A stretch of 60,972 nt of DNA, the filler included. It is 4 parts of 4 records of this genome, joined end to end, with 100 filler letters (N's around TTAATTAATTAA, not from the genome) between each part and the next. Parts side by side here need not be neighbours in the genome. Positions count along the whole stretch, not along the records: positions 1 to 30,306 come from SRR31156797_7302; 3 more parts are not named here. One strand, given 5' to 3'. Positions 1 through 12,120 of the stretch are shown one piece after another. The notes under the pieces are model-generated. The model was not told the DNA's origin. It worked only from the letters and a program-made list of their open reading frames with translations, and did not search any database. Each line of letters opens with the position of its first letter. Position 1 is the first letter of the stretch. Made by a program: the position numbers and the translations under genes.

Positions 1-1
1 C

Positions 2-172
2 TGGATGATGGGCGATAACCGCGATAATTCCGCCGACTCGAGGTTCTGGGGATTTGTACCGCACGATCACATCGTTGGAAAAGCTGTGTTTGTTTGGATG
101 TCGCTCGATGATCAAAAAGGCCTTTTCGATGGAAAGATCAGGTGGGGTAAGAGCCTTCGGGTGGTACGTTAA
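2..172 (+). CDS. lepB: Signal peptidase I, C-terminal fragment (5' end outside window)
   Basis: Frame from nt 2 reads [28 protein letters not shown]...VR*, containing the S26 box E motif GDNRDNSxDSRxWG. Confidence 0.9.
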   Translation, partial: WMMGDNRDNSADSRFWGFVPHDHIVGKAVFVWMSLDDQKGLFDGKIRWGKSLRVVR

Positions 173-212
173 CAAACCAATTCTGAAATAAATCACATTA
201 AAAATCCGAATA

Positions 213-890
213 ATGAAAACAAGCGTATTTACATTAATTGCTGCAATTTTATTGGTTGGAACATTTACCGTTTCAGCAGCCAAGAAGAAAAATTTTACCG
301 GAAAAATTACTTACTCCATTACTGTTCAGGCAGATAATCTTCCGGAGCAGGCAAAAGCCATGATGCCAAAAACCATGACACTTTATGTTGGTGAGGATAA
401 AACGAAAACTGATATTTTTACGCAAATGGGTACACAGAGTTCTATCGAAAACCTGGAGGATAAATCCAAAATCTCCCTAATCGATATGATGGGCCAAAAA
501 TATGTGATCAGGGATTCGTGGGAGGATGTGCAGAAAGAGATGGAAAATATGCCTGACCTGGAAGTGGAAAAAACCGGTGAGACGAAAGAAATACTTGGCT
601 ACCAATGCGAAAAGGTAATTGCCAGAACCATGGAAGACGGTGAAGAGTTTGCCACTGCCTGGGTAACATCTGAATTACCGGTTCATGAAAACATGAATTT
701 TTCAAATGAAGCATTTGCCGGGATTTCTGATATGCTGCTCGAATTTGAAATGGATGCAGGTAATGGCATGGTGATGACTTTTTCGGCCATTGAGGTAGAT
801 AAGAAAAAGGTCAAAGACAAAGTGTTCGAAGTACCTGAAGGATTCCAGGAAACCACCCGTGAACAACTCCAGGGAGCATTTGGCGGCTAA
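213..890 (+). CDS. Exported protein, DUF4412/GLPGLI-like
   Basis: 225 aa with signal peptide; KTGETKEILGYQCEK and W-x-T motifs; C-terminal F(E)VPEGF typical of this Bacteroidota family. Confidence 0.65.
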   Translation: MKTSVFTLIAAILLVGTFTVSAAKKKNFTGKITYSITVQADNLPEQAKAMMPKTMTLYVGEDKTKTDIFTQMGTQSSIENLEDKSKISLIDMMGQKYVIRDSWEDVQKEMENMPDLEVEKTGETKEILGYQCEKVIARTMEDGEEFATAWVTSELPVHENMNFSNEAFAGISDMLLEFEMDAGNGMVMTFSAIEVDKKKVKDKVFEVPEGFQETTREQLQGAFGG

Positions 891-915
891 GAATTTTAAA
901 TTGAACATAAACAAG

Positions 916-958
916 TACCCGGTTGGTGAACTCGCGAAGTTTCAGGCCGGGTATTTTT
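916..958 (+). terminator. Probable intrinsic terminator
   Basis: TACCCGG...CCGGGTA imperfect stem followed by TTTTT. Confidence 0.55.
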
Positions 959-1025
959 GTGAATGAAAAATTGACTTTGCTGTTGCGAACAGCAGATTTT
1001 GAAAAGGTAGTTTATACTTTAATGT

Positions 1026-1033
1026 TACTTTTG
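1026..1033 (+). promoter_or_regulatory. Bacteroidota -7 promoter element upstream of ftsK
   Basis: TACTTTTG matches TAnnTTTG, 23 nt before the ATG. Confidence 0.5.
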
Positions 1034-1056
1034 TAACCCAAAAAAAACAACACTTC

Positions 1057-3576
1057 ATGCCAGCGAAATCCAATAAGCTGAAATCATCGGGAAATAGCAC
1101 AGGCGTTGCAAAAAAAGTAAAGAAGAAGCCAATAAAAGCTTCCAGTCCCTTTTTGCCGGTGCTGAATTTTTTCAGAGACCGGAAGGTGCAGCAGGTATTG
1201 GGTTTATTTTTACTATTGCTGGCTACATTCCTCGGGGTATCTTTTACCTCCTACCTGATGAACTATAAAACAGATGACCACCTGTTTAATTATGGATTTC
1301 TGGAACTATTGCGAAACAAGGACCTGCAGGCTCATAATTTCACCGGAAAGGTTGGGGCTGTCATTTCTTTTCGCTTCATCAAAGAGGGATTTGGTGTTGC
1401 GGCATATTTTTTTGTGATTTACTTTTTTGTTGCCGGATTAAAGCTTCTTTGGCCATCACTCAAACTGTCAGGTTGGAAAGTGTTCCAGTATTGCTTTCTT
1501 GGACTTTTTTGGTTTTCCACAGCTTTTGCTTACCTGATGCCTGGTTTTATGGGAGGGCTATTCCCGGGATGGTTTGGCATTTACCTTGATACCTGGCTCG
1601 AATCTTTACTTGGCGCGGCAGGTGCAGGGCTGGTGCTTGTTTTTGTGTTGGTTCTGGCTTTGTTGTTTTCCGGGTTTTTTAAGTTGTTTAACTTCAAAAT
1701 GCCTTCACTGTCTAATAGGCAAAAAAAATCAGGTAAAAAGAAGCAAACCAAATCGGGAAAGGAAAAAGAAACAGATAAGTACAACCTGGATAATTATGCT
1801 GTGGATGATGAGGATGACGAATCAGAGGAGCCTGGTAAGGAGGATAAAACATTTTCGACTTCTGAACCGGAGGAGGATTCTACTACCATTGAACTCGAGA
1901 TCGATCGCGATAAATTGGCGGAATCCCAAAAAAAGAAACCATCCGGAGAAATTGATTTCACCATCGAAACTCCCGTTTCTGATCGCCAGGAAGAAATATC
2001 GCACAAGGAGGATGAACCAAAGGTTGAAGATCAAAAACAGGATGGTCGCCAGGGCCTTGATACTGCGTTTGATCCCCGCCTGGAACTGCCACATTTTAAG
2101 TTCCCTCCGCTGGACCTCCTGAATAATTATGGTTCTGAACAAATCAGTGTGCAGAAGGAGGAGTTGCAGGCCAACAAAAACCGGATTGTTGAAACCCTCA
2201 ACCATTATAAAATTGAGATCGAAAAAATTAAGGCTACCATCGGGCCAACAATCACCCTGTACGAGATCGTTCCGGCACCGGGTATTCGCGTCTCAAAAAT
2301 CAAAAACCTCGAGGATGATATCGCGCTAAGTCTTTCTGCGCTGGGTATTCGGATAATAGCTCCAATACCGGGAAGAGGTACAATCGGCATCGAGGTTCCC
2401 AATCAAAATCCTGATATGGTTTCGATGAAGTCGGTGTTGGCTTCTGATAAGTTCCAGGATACAAATTACCAGCTGCCGTTTGGGATGGGGAAAACCATTT
2501 CCAACGACGTATTTATTGCCGATCTCACCAGGTTGCCTCACATCCTGATGGCCGGTGCGACCGGACAGGGCAAATCAGTTGGCTTGAACGCGATAATCGC
2601 ATCGCTGCTTTACAAAAAGCACCCGGCGGAATTAAAGTTTGTAATGGTGGACCCCAAAAAAGTGGAACTCACGCTTTTTTCAAAGATCGAACGTCATTAC
2701 CTGGCTAAATTACCGGATTCTGAAGAAGCCATCATCACCGATACTCGTAAGGTAGTTCGCACATTAAATTCGCTGGGTATTGAAATGGATACACGATATG
2801 AGCTCCTGAAAGATGCCCAGGTTCGGAACATCAAAGAATACAACGAAAAATTCCTGCAGCGAAAATTAAACCCGCTGGAGGGCCATCATTTCCTGCCATA
2901 CATCGTTTTGGTGATCGATGAGTTTGCCGATCTGATCATGACTGCCGGAAAGGAAATTGAAATCCCACTCACCAGACTGGCGCAGTTGGCCCGTGCTATC
3001 GGCATCCATTTAATTATTGCCACACAGCGGCCATCAGTTAACATTATAACAGGTTCCATAAAAGCCAATTTCCCGGCGAGGGTTGCTTTCAGGGTAATTT
3101 CAAAAGTGGATTCACGTACGATTCTGGATAGCCCGGGAGCCGACCAGTTGATAGGCCGTGGAGACATGCTTATGTCTACAGGTAGTGACCTCATCAGGAT
3201 GCAATGTGCATTTATCGATACGCCGGAAATCGATAAAGTAACCGATTATATTGGCTCACAACGCGCTTTCCCTGATGCATATCTCCTGCCTGAATTTGCA
3301 GACGAAGAAGATGATGGGCCCGCGGAATTTAATCCCGACGAAAAAGATGCGTTATTCGAAGATGCAGCCCGTATCCTGGTACAGAACCAGCAGGGCTCCA
3401 CATCGTTGCTTCAGCGAAAAATGAAAATTGGATATAACCGCGCCGGACGAATAATAGACCAGCTCGAGGCGGCTGGTGTGGTAGGCCCCTTTGAAGGAAG
3501 CAAGGCCCGCGAAGTACTGATTAGAACGGAATTGGAATTGGAACAGTTTTTGAAAAACATCGAAGAAGGAATTTAA
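1057..3576 (+). CDS. ftsK: DNA translocase FtsK
   Basis: N-terminal TM helices, Walker A GATGQGKS, VIDEFADL, ATQRPS, C-terminal gamma domain (SLLQRKMKIGYNRAGR). Confidence 0.97.
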   Translation: MPAKSNKLKSSGNSTGVAKKVKKKPIKASSPFLPVLNFFRDRKVQQVLGLFLLLLATFLGVSFTSYLMNYKTDDHLFNYGFLELLRNKDLQAHNFTGKVGAVISFRFIKEGFGVAAYFFVIYFFVAGLKLLWPSLKLSGWKVFQYCFLGLFWFSTAFAYLMPGFMGGLFPGWFGIYLDTWLESLLGAAGAGLVLVFVLVLALLFSGFFKLFNFKMPSLSNRQKKSGKKKQTKSGKEKETDKYNLDNYAVDDEDDESEEPGKEDKTFSTSEPEEDSTTIELEIDRDKLAESQKKKPSGEIDFTIETPVSDRQEEISHKEDEPKVEDQKQDGRQGLDTAFDPRLELPHFKFPPLDLLNNYGSEQISVQKEELQANKNRIVETLNHYKIEIEKIKATIGPTITLYEIVPAPGIRVSKIKNLEDDIALSLSALGIRIIAPIPGRGTIGIEVPNQNPDMVSMKSVLASDKFQDTNYQLPFGMGKTISNDVFIADLTRLPHILMAGATGQGKSVGLNAIIASLLYKKHPAELKFVMVDPKKVELTLFSKIERHYLAKLPDSEEAIITDTRKVVRTLNSLGIEMDTRYELLKDAQVRNIKEYNEKFLQRKLNPLEGHHFLPYIVLVIDEFADLIMTAGKEIEIPLTRLAQLARAIGIHLIIATQRPSVNIITGSIKANFPARVAFRVISKVDSRTILDSPGADQLIGRGDMLMSTGSDLIRMQCAFIDTPEIDKVTDYIGSQRAFPDAYLLPEFADEEDDGPAEFNPDEKDALFEDAARILVQNQQGSTSLLQRKMKIGYNRAGRIIDQLEAAGVVGPFEGSKAREVLIRTELELEQFLKNIEEGI

Positions 3577-3587
3577 TAAATCATACT

Positions 3588-4244
3588 ATGAAAAATAAAA
3601 TTGGAATTCATGTGCTCGCAGCATTTTTGATGATATCTTTTGTATCAGTGCATGCTCAATCGAAAAATAAACGAGCCAGCGAGATATTGGAAGAGGTGAC
3701 CGAAAAAACAAAATCCTACAAATCCATTGAGATGGAATTCGACTACAGGATGGAAAACCCGGAAGCCGGTATCAATGAAGTAACCCATGGTAAGGTACTG
3801 GTTAGCGGCGATAAATACCGTTTGGATATTGCAGGCCAGTTGGTTATTTCAAATGCAGAAACCATTTGGACAGTCATTGAAGATGCTGAGGAGGTGCAGA
3901 TTAATGAGGTTTTCGAAGATGATGATACTTTCTCGCCCACCAAAATGCTTTCGGATTACAGCAATGATTACAAATCGAAACTGGATACCAAAGTTGATGA
4001 ACTGAATGGCGTGAATGTTTATCTCCTTGAGCTTACACCAAACGATAAAAAGACATTTAAACAAGTAAATCTTTATGTGAATAAAGATGCCATGCAGCCT
4101 TACCGCATGGAAATTTTCGATTATAACAACAGCACTTACACCTATACCATTACCTCGTTTAAAACCGATCTTGATGTTTCAGATTCGGATTTTACTTTTT
4201 CAGAGGAGGAATTTCCTGGTTTTGATGTGATTGATATGCGTTAA
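3588..4244 (+). CDS. lolA: Outer-membrane lipoprotein carrier LolA
   Basis: Signal peptide, LolA-like beta pattern, conserved position directly after ftsK. Confidence 0.85.
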   Translation: MKNKIGIHVLAAFLMISFVSVHAQSKNKRASEILEEVTEKTKSYKSIEMEFDYRMENPEAGINEVTHGKVLVSGDKYRLDIAGQLVISNAETIWTVIEDAEEVQINEVFEDDDTFSPTKMLSDYSNDYKSKLDTKVDELNGVNVYLLELTPNDKKTFKQVNLYVNKDAMQPYRMEIFDYNNSTYTYTITSFKTDLDVSDSDFTFSEEEFPGFDVIDMR

Positions 4245-4295
4245 GTAACTGTTTAGAAATAAGTTGCTCGTAGAGTTTCTTAATAATTCCAAAGC

Positions 4296-5042
4296 TTAGG
4301 ACCGTCCTGATTCATTCAGCAGGGAGGTTTTGTGTTTTAGCGTTCTTAAAATTAATACTACTAAAATAGTTGCTCCCAGGATTATATTTGATGTGCGGCT
4401 AATATCCAGATCCTTGTATTGAAAAAAATGCCTCAGGTTATTGATAAATACAAACCCGAAAACGGTTGCCAAAACGCCTGAATATTCCCGCCGTAAAACG
4501 CTTTTCAAAGAAAAGACCAGCTTGCTTTTTTTATAGTTTTTAAACGAAGGTAAAAAAGCCGGGGCAGTTAGGGACCAATCAAGATATGGCTTTCCGAATT
4601 TCTTTTCCAGGAAACGCTCCTCCGCAAACATGATCCTTTCATAATATAGCCAGTAAGCCAGCGAAACAGCAATCACAAACCAAATGTTAAAGGTATAAAT
4701 CACAATGCCGATCCACATCAGGTAATTACCCAGGTAAAGTGGGTGCCTGATGGTTGAGTATATTCCCGAGGTGTTCAGTTCGTTAGCTACCTGGCCTTCA
4801 GTGGTGTTACGTCCCGAAGTGCCTGCTGGTGTTGTGCCGATGGTTATTGCCCGAACAACAAATCCTAAAAAACTTACAAAAATAGCCACCCAGGTTATGA
4901 TGTTTTCAACAACCGGGTTGGTAAAAGGTGGTTTTGTGAAATAGATAACCGGTACCGCAAGCACGAATAATACTACAGGGATATGGCTTCTGTTTTTAAA
5001 CAGATAATTGCCACTGCGTTCAAATGAATGGATTAGTGCCAT
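4296..5042 (-). CDS. Membrane methyltransferase, ICMT/PEMT family (LmtA lipid A phosphate methyltransferase-like)
   Basis: TSGRNT motif, GIYSxIRHPLYLGN, EERFLxxKFG, LRREYSG; several TM helices. Confidence 0.8.
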   Translation of the reverse strand: MALIHSFERSGNYLFKNRSHIPVVLFVLAVPVIYFTKPPFTNPVVENIITWVAIFVSFLGFVVRAITIGTTPAGTSGRNTTEGQVANELNTSGIYSTIRHPLYLGNYLMWIGIVIYTFNIWFVIAVSLAYWLYYERIMFAEERFLEKKFGKPYLDWSLTAPAFLPSFKNYKKSKLVFSLKSVLRREYSGVLATVFGFVFINNLRHFFQYKDLDISRTSNIILGATILVVLILRTLKHKTSLLNESGRS

Positions 5043-5065
5043 ATGTAATAAAATTTTTCGGGACG

Positions 5066-5073
5066 CAAAGTTA
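5066..5073 (-). promoter_or_regulatory. Bacteroidota -7 element for the methyltransferase gene
   Basis: Minus strand TAACTTTG matches TAnnTTTG, 23 nt before the ATG. Confidence 0.45.
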
Positions 5074-5206
5074 CTTGAATTTTTTATCCCTTTACGTAAC
5101 GATTCAAGAATGGCAGCTTTTGAATTAGATTGGATATAAATTGTTTGATTTTCTTAAAAAACGGCCTCTCTGTCCACTCGCTTCAGGTGTAATAAAAAAA
5201 GTTATC

Positions 5207-5214
5207 TACATTTG
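5207..5214 (+). promoter_or_regulatory. Bacteroidota -7 element upstream of gap
   Basis: TACATTTG matches TAnnTTTG. Confidence 0.45.
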
Positions 5215-5306
5215 CACAAAGCAGTTAGTCAGCTATATGTGTATAAATTACTCAGTTAAATCAACGACAATTCATTCACATCATATTTTAAACCAAATTC
5301 ACAATA

Positions 5307-6752
5307 ATGGAAGATTATAACAATGCACTCAAGGAATGGATCGACGACGAAAAAGCAGCCGTTGAGTTCATTCATGTGGCCGGAAAATTATGGTTCGACA
5401 AATCCATTGAGTTGATTATGTTGCGGAGCCAACTGATCGACCGTGGACCTGCCAAGGTCTTAAACAAGCATGTTCGCGCAGAGACTATCCTTAACAAACC
5501 TGTAAGGATTCAGGATTCATTGTTGCTGGCAAAGGCCATCCTCACCGAAGATGTGGCCCCTGCCCGTATCGATATGGGTAGGCTCAATTCGGAATGGTCT
5601 GATGAAAAAGCCACATATGGCAATGCCAGTGATTTTATCAAAGAGAAACTCAAAAAATTCATTGGTGCACCTCCCAGAAGTACACGCGTTCAGGATGTTG
5701 TGTTGTATGGTTTTGGGCGTATCGGTAGGCTCCTGGCGCGCGAGCTGATCAAAATTACCGGAAATGGATCACAACTCAGGCTGAAAGCAATTGTAACGCG
5801 AAGTAACAGTCCGGAAGATATTCGTAAAAGGATTTCACTCTTCAGGAAAGATTCAGTGCATGGAAACTTTGCAGGCGTAGCCAATGAGGATATCGAAAAC
5901 AGCTGCTTCCGCATAAATGGCAACATTGTTCATATGATTGCAGCCAACAATCCGGAGGATATCGATTATACCAAGTATGGTATAAATGATGCCCTGGTTA
6001 TCGATAATACTGGTGTTTGGCGTGATCGTGAGGGACTTTCACGGCATATCAAAGCAAAAGGAGTTAGCAAAGTTCTACTTACTGCTCCGGGAAAAGGCGA
6101 CATTCCAAACATTGTTTATGGTGCAAACCAACAAACCCTCGACCTTGAAAATGAAACCATTTTCTCTGCAGCTTCATGTACAACCAACGCCATCGTTCCC
6201 GGCCTGATCGTGCTGGAAGATGGTCTGGGAATCAAAAAAGGACATATCGAAACCATCCATGCCTATACAAATGACCAGAACCTGCTGGATAACTACCACA
6301 AAAAAACACGTCGGGGTCGCTCAGCACCATTAAATATGGTGATCACCGAAACAGGGGCAGGAACAGCAGCAGCCAAGGTCATTCCGAAACTCAAAGGTAA
6401 GGTAACTTCCAACGCTGTGCGTGTACCAACACCTGATGTTTCGTTGGCGATTTTAACCCTCGAAGTTGAGAGAGAAACCACAGTTGAGGAAGTAAATAAT
6501 CTCTTCCTCGATGCTTCACTAAAGGGTAAATTGATCGAACAGATCAGGTTCAGCAATTCCACTGAATTTGTTTCATCAGATGGTATTGGTGATTCGTGTG
6601 CATGTATTTTCGATCAGCCTGCCACAAAAGTTTCTGAAGATGGAAAATCTATTGTAGTATACTTGTGGTACGACAACGAATTCGGATACACATCTCAGGT
6701 TGTGAGGCTTGCCAAGCATATTGGCCGCGTAAAGAGTTACAGGTACTACTAG
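5307..6752 (+). CDS. gap: Glyceraldehyde-3-phosphate dehydrogenase, long form with N-terminal extension
   Basis: YGFGRIGR, catalytic ASCTTN, WYDNEFGY. Confidence 0.95.
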   Translation: MEDYNNALKEWIDDEKAAVEFIHVAGKLWFDKSIELIMLRSQLIDRGPAKVLNKHVRAETILNKPVRIQDSLLLAKAILTEDVAPARIDMGRLNSEWSDEKATYGNASDFIKEKLKKFIGAPPRSTRVQDVVLYGFGRIGRLLARELIKITGNGSQLRLKAIVTRSNSPEDIRKRISLFRKDSVHGNFAGVANEDIENSCFRINGNIVHMIAANNPEDIDYTKYGINDALVIDNTGVWRDREGLSRHIKAKGVSKVLLTAPGKGDIPNIVYGANQQTLDLENETIFSAASCTTNAIVPGLIVLEDGLGIKKGHIETIHAYTNDQNLLDNYHKKTRRGRSAPLNMVITETGAGTAAAKVIPKLKGKVTSNAVRVPTPDVSLAILTLEVERETTVEEVNNLFLDASLKGKLIEQIRFSNSTEFVSSDGIGDSCACIFDQPATKVSEDGKSIVVYLWYDNEFGYTSQVVRLAKHIGRVKSYRYY

Positions 6753-6791
6753 ACTTTTTCACAATTCATTCAGTTTATAAACTGGAATTGG

Positions 6792-6824
6792 AAAAAGGGA
6801 GCAGGGCAACTTGTTCCCTTTTTT
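6792..6824 (+). terminator. Intrinsic terminator after gap
   Basis: AAAAAGGGAGCA...TGTTCCCTTTTT hairpin with T tract. Confidence 0.75.
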
Positions 6825-6901
6825 GTAACAATTCCTTACCACAAAGCCCACAATCAGTTTCATATGAACGTTTTCCGAAGGGTTGATAACTTGGTTGGTA
6901 A

Positions 6902-8647
<1,746 letters not shown>

Positions 8648-8662
8648 TGGGTGTGCTTAAAC

Positions 8663-8698
8663 AAAAAAAAAGGCTGTCTCCACGGACAGCCTTTTTTT
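8663..8698. terminator. Bidirectional intrinsic terminator between pyrG and the convergent lipoprotein gene
   Basis: A-tract, GGCTGTC, loop, GACAGCC, T-tract. Confidence 0.85.
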
Positions 8699-8700
8699 GT

Positions 8701-9570
8701 TTAATTTCCTTGCACAGGCGGAGCTAATTTAGAAGCGTAGGAACTGCTATAAGCGCCAAAGGCTCCAAAAGCACCATCGCTGATGTTGCCCTCAACATTG
8801 GCCGGTGGCCCGCTAAAAAGCGGCGACTGGTAGCTTACCTGTTCCTGGAGTTGCCATAAAAAGTCAGTGTATTCCTCAGTAATTCTTGCCACTCTCAGGG
8901 TGACCTCATCACCGGGTAGCAGCTTTTCATTTTCGCTGGATTGGTCTAAAAATCCTACTCCAATACCGTTGGTGTAGTTTCCGTTGTAGAGGATATCGTC
9001 AACCACAAAAACCTGGTCGATGGTGTCGTTTACCAGTACGCCGTTGCGATAAATGTGAAACATATAATAGTCCGTGGTAGGCGGATCCCAGACATAACAT
9101 TTCACTTCCCAAAAACCTTCCTCTCCCCAGTCTTCATGAAACTCCAATCCAATAGAATCGAGCTGATTGATTGGGTAGATTTCTGAAGTGGCCTGGTAGA
9201 ATTTTGTGCCGCCAATTTCCTCTTCCAGTTCAATATCCAGGGTATATGATTTGTTGATTTTCCCGAAAACATCAGGTGCTGTCAGGTATATGCCTGAATT
9301 GGCCGGGGTTTCCGTTAGAATAAATTCCTCCTCCTCATTCGAAATCTTTACCAAAGCATTGGATACAGCAGGTGGAATCTCGTTGCTGAAATAATCTTCA
9401 GTACTGGTGAGTACAACTTTATGGACAGTTGTATCGGTTGAAAATTCTGCTTCAACCACAAGCCGTGCATATTTCTGATCGTCAACGTCAATGTCAATTC
9501 TTTCCGTACAGGCAAAAAATGTGGTTGTGATTATGGATAATATGATGATTTTATTGATTATCGTTTTCAT
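8701..9570 (-). CDS. DUF4249-like lipoprotein
   Basis: Lipobox FFAC; LVVEA; C-terminal PPANVEGNIS..A.G.F; follows a TonB-dependent receptor. Confidence 0.8.
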   Translation of the reverse strand: MKTIINKIIILSIITTTFFACTERIDIDVDDQKYARLVVEAEFSTDTTVHKVVLTSTEDYFSNEIPPAVSNALVKISNEEEEFILTETPANSGIYLTAPDVFGKINKSYTLDIELEEEIGGTKFYQATSEIYPINQLDSIGLEFHEDWGEEGFWEVKCYVWDPPTTDYYMFHIYRNGVLVNDTIDQVFVVDDILYNGNYTNGIGVGFLDQSSENEKLLPGDEVTLRVARITEEYTDFLWQLQEQVSYQSPLFSGPPANVEGNISDGAFGAFGAYSSSYASKLAPPVQGN

Positions 9571-9582
9571 GTCTTTAAGGAT

Positions 9583-11934
9583 TTAAAATTTGAAATTATA
9601 AGTTATACTTGGAATGATGGAGAAAAGGTAGGTCATCTCAGCATAAGTTTTGTATGGGTCAGCGGGATCCTGCTCAAAATTGATGGCCCAGGCATTTTTG
9701 CGTCCGTACGCATTATAAACCGAAAGATTCCATTCGCCGTACCATTTGCGGTTGGGTTTTTCTTTGGGTTTCAGTGTAATTGATACATCCAGCCTGTGGT
9801 AGTCGGGCATCCTATAGTCGTTACGGTCAGAATAGATCGGTACGATTTTGTTGCCCCAGACAGCTCTTCCGGTGGGGAATGTAACCGGCAATCCGGTTGA
9901 GTACACCCAGTTCAATCCGGCCACCAGCCTTTTGCTGAGTTGATAATTCAGCACAATGCTGATGTCGTGTGGCTTGTCGTATGGAGCATTGTAGACATTG
10001 CCATCATTGATTTCAGAAATTTCGCGTGTGGCTTTGGATAAGGTGTAGCTAACCCAGCCTGTAAGATTCCCGCGTTGTTTTCTAACCATAAATTCCAGGC
10101 CATACGATTTTGCTGTTCCAAATCTGAGTTCGCCCTCCAGTTCTTTATTCAGCAGCAATTCGGCATGATCTTTAAAGTCGATGGCATTTTGCATGTATTT
10201 GTAGTAACCTTCCACCGAAACTTCATAAGTGTTGTCCTTTAGATTTCTGAAATATCCAAGGGCACCCTGGTCGGCAATTTGGGGCTTAACGTTGGGACTG
10301 GATGGAAACCAGATATCCAATGGCGTTCCTGCGGTAGAATTTTGGGCCAGTTGAATATATTGTGCTGTACGCGAATAACTACCCTTGATTGATGAAACCT
10401 CATTGAGCATGTAAGTAAAACCAAATCGTGGCTCCAGATTGAAGTAGGTGTTGTAAACATCACCATCGGCCTTGGCTATGGCGTCAACTTTTTCAAAGTC
10501 ATCATCATACATGTATAGTGTGTCCGGGCCAACATTGTTGAACATCGAAAGCCTCAGACCATATTTCAAGGTGAGCAGTGCACCCACTTTTTGTTCATTG
10601 CTTACGTAAATCCCCGACTCGAACGCGTATTTTTCAGGGATCACGTATTCGTTGAAAAATGTTTCCTCACCAAGCCCTCTTGCATTGCCGGGCTTGAAGG
10701 TGTGATGGATCATACTCGCACCAAACTTAATGGTATTGTCAGGATTCAGATACCAGGTGAAATCGGCTTTGCCGGTGTAATCCACCAATTTCGATTTCCA
10801 CTCAAAGGAATTGGCTTCACCCTCAGGCGTGCTCAGTTCGTATTCATATCTCGATCTCAGGAAGGTGAAATTTGAGAACAGTTTTTTAGAGAACAGGTGA
10901 TTCCATCTCACGGTTACCGTATTGTTTCCCAAGTCCATCCCGGCAAACTCATTTTTAAAAACATCCCTGCCAAAATAGGCTGATGCGAAAACACGGTTAT
11001 TTTCGTTGATGGTATGGCTTACTTTGGCATTGAAATCCCAGAAAAACAATTTACTTCCATCCAGATCATCGTTGCCAAATAATGGGATGAACAGGTCGGC
11101 ATAGGTTCGGCGTCCTGATACAATAAATGATGTTTGGTCCTTCTGGATGGGCCCTTCCAGTGTAAGACGGCTCGAGATCAACCCAATACCACCGGTTCCA
11201 GAGAATTTCTTCATGTTACCGTCTTTCATCCTAACATCAAGCAATGATGAAAGCCTTCCGCCGTAAGCTGCTGGAATATCTCCTTTATACAGTTTTACAT
11301 CCTTAATGGCATCATTGTTAAACACAGAGAAAAAACCAAGCAGGTGTCCGGCATTGTAAACGGAAGCCTCATCAAGCAGTACCAGGTTTTGATCGGCACT
11401 TCCGCCCCGAACGCTGAAACCGGTTGACCCTTCGGCCAGGGGCTTAACACCCGGAAGCAGCTGAATTGCCCTGATCACATCTGTTTCGCCAAATAAAGCC
11501 GGGATTTCTTTAATGGTTTTCGACTGGATTTTAATCACGCTCATTTCGGCAGCCGAAACATTTTTGTCCAGTTTTTCACCGGTAATAACAACCTCTTCAA
11601 GTTGTTGCTCCGTTGGAATGAGTTCTACCTCCATCGTAACATCCTCGTTAAGCGAAAGTGTTTTAGTAAGACTTTGATATCCGATGTACGAATAGGTAAA
11701 GGAGTAATCGCCAGGGGGAAGGCTTACTGCATAAAACCCATAGAGGTTTGAAACTGTTCCTGTTTTGAGTTCCTCAATGTACACTGTGGCACCAATGAGC
11801 ATCTCGCCTGTTTTGCTGTCGCTGATGTGCCCGCTAATGGTGAGCTTCCTGGGCTCTGCTTCCTCATCTGCAAAGATGGGAATCGTAAACACGAGCAACA
11901 TGCTTAATACTGTTAATAATCTTTTGCTGATCAT
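9583..11934 (-). CDS. TonB-dependent receptor with N-terminal carboxypeptidase-regulatory-like domain
   Basis: ISGHISDSKTGEMLIGATV, VRGGSADQNLVLLD plug motif, C-terminal YNFKF. Confidence 0.93.
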   Translation of the reverse strand: MISKRLLTVLSMLLVFTIPIFADEEAEPRKLTISGHISDSKTGEMLIGATVYIEELKTGTVSNLYGFYAVSLPPGDYSFTYSYIGYQSLTKTLSLNEDVTMEVELIPTEQQLEEVVITGEKLDKNVSAAEMSVIKIQSKTIKEIPALFGETDVIRAIQLLPGVKPLAEGSTGFSVRGGSADQNLVLLDEASVYNAGHLLGFFSVFNNDAIKDVKLYKGDIPAAYGGRLSSLLDVRMKDGNMKKFSGTGGIGLISSRLTLEGPIQKDQTSFIVSGRRTYADLFIPLFGNDDLDGSKLFFWDFNAKVSHTINENNRVFASAYFGRDVFKNEFAGMDLGNNTVTVRWNHLFSKKLFSNFTFLRSRYEYELSTPEGEANSFEWKSKLVDYTGKADFTWYLNPDNTIKFGASMIHHTFKPGNARGLGEETFFNEYVIPEKYAFESGIYVSNEQKVGALLTLKYGLRLSMFNNVGPDTLYMYDDDFEKVDAIAKADGDVYNTYFNLEPRFGFTYMLNEVSSIKGSYSRTAQYIQLAQNSTAGTPLDIWFPSSPNVKPQIADQGALGYFRNLKDNTYEVSVEGYYKYMQNAIDFKDHAELLLNKELEGELRFGTAKSYGLEFMVRKQRGNLTGWVSYTLSKATREISEINDGNVYNAPYDKPHDISIVLNYQLSKRLVAGLNWVYSTGLPVTFPTGRAVWGNKIVPIYSDRNDYRMPDYHRLDVSITLKPKEKPNRKWYGEWNLSVYNAYGRKNAWAINFEQDPADPYKTYAEMTYLFSIIPSITYNFKF

Positions 11935-12120
11935 AGTAATGACTGACTTTTGTTTTTATGAATAAGTTTTCATGCTCAATTGACAATCAAAAGAACGGAT
12001 GGTTGCAGATTTTCTTGGCTTAGATAAAATATGTTAATGTAAATTTAACCACAAATTTGCTAATTGCCTGAAATTGATAATTTCACGAACTATTATAAAA
12101 AAATAGTGTTAGATTCTGTT

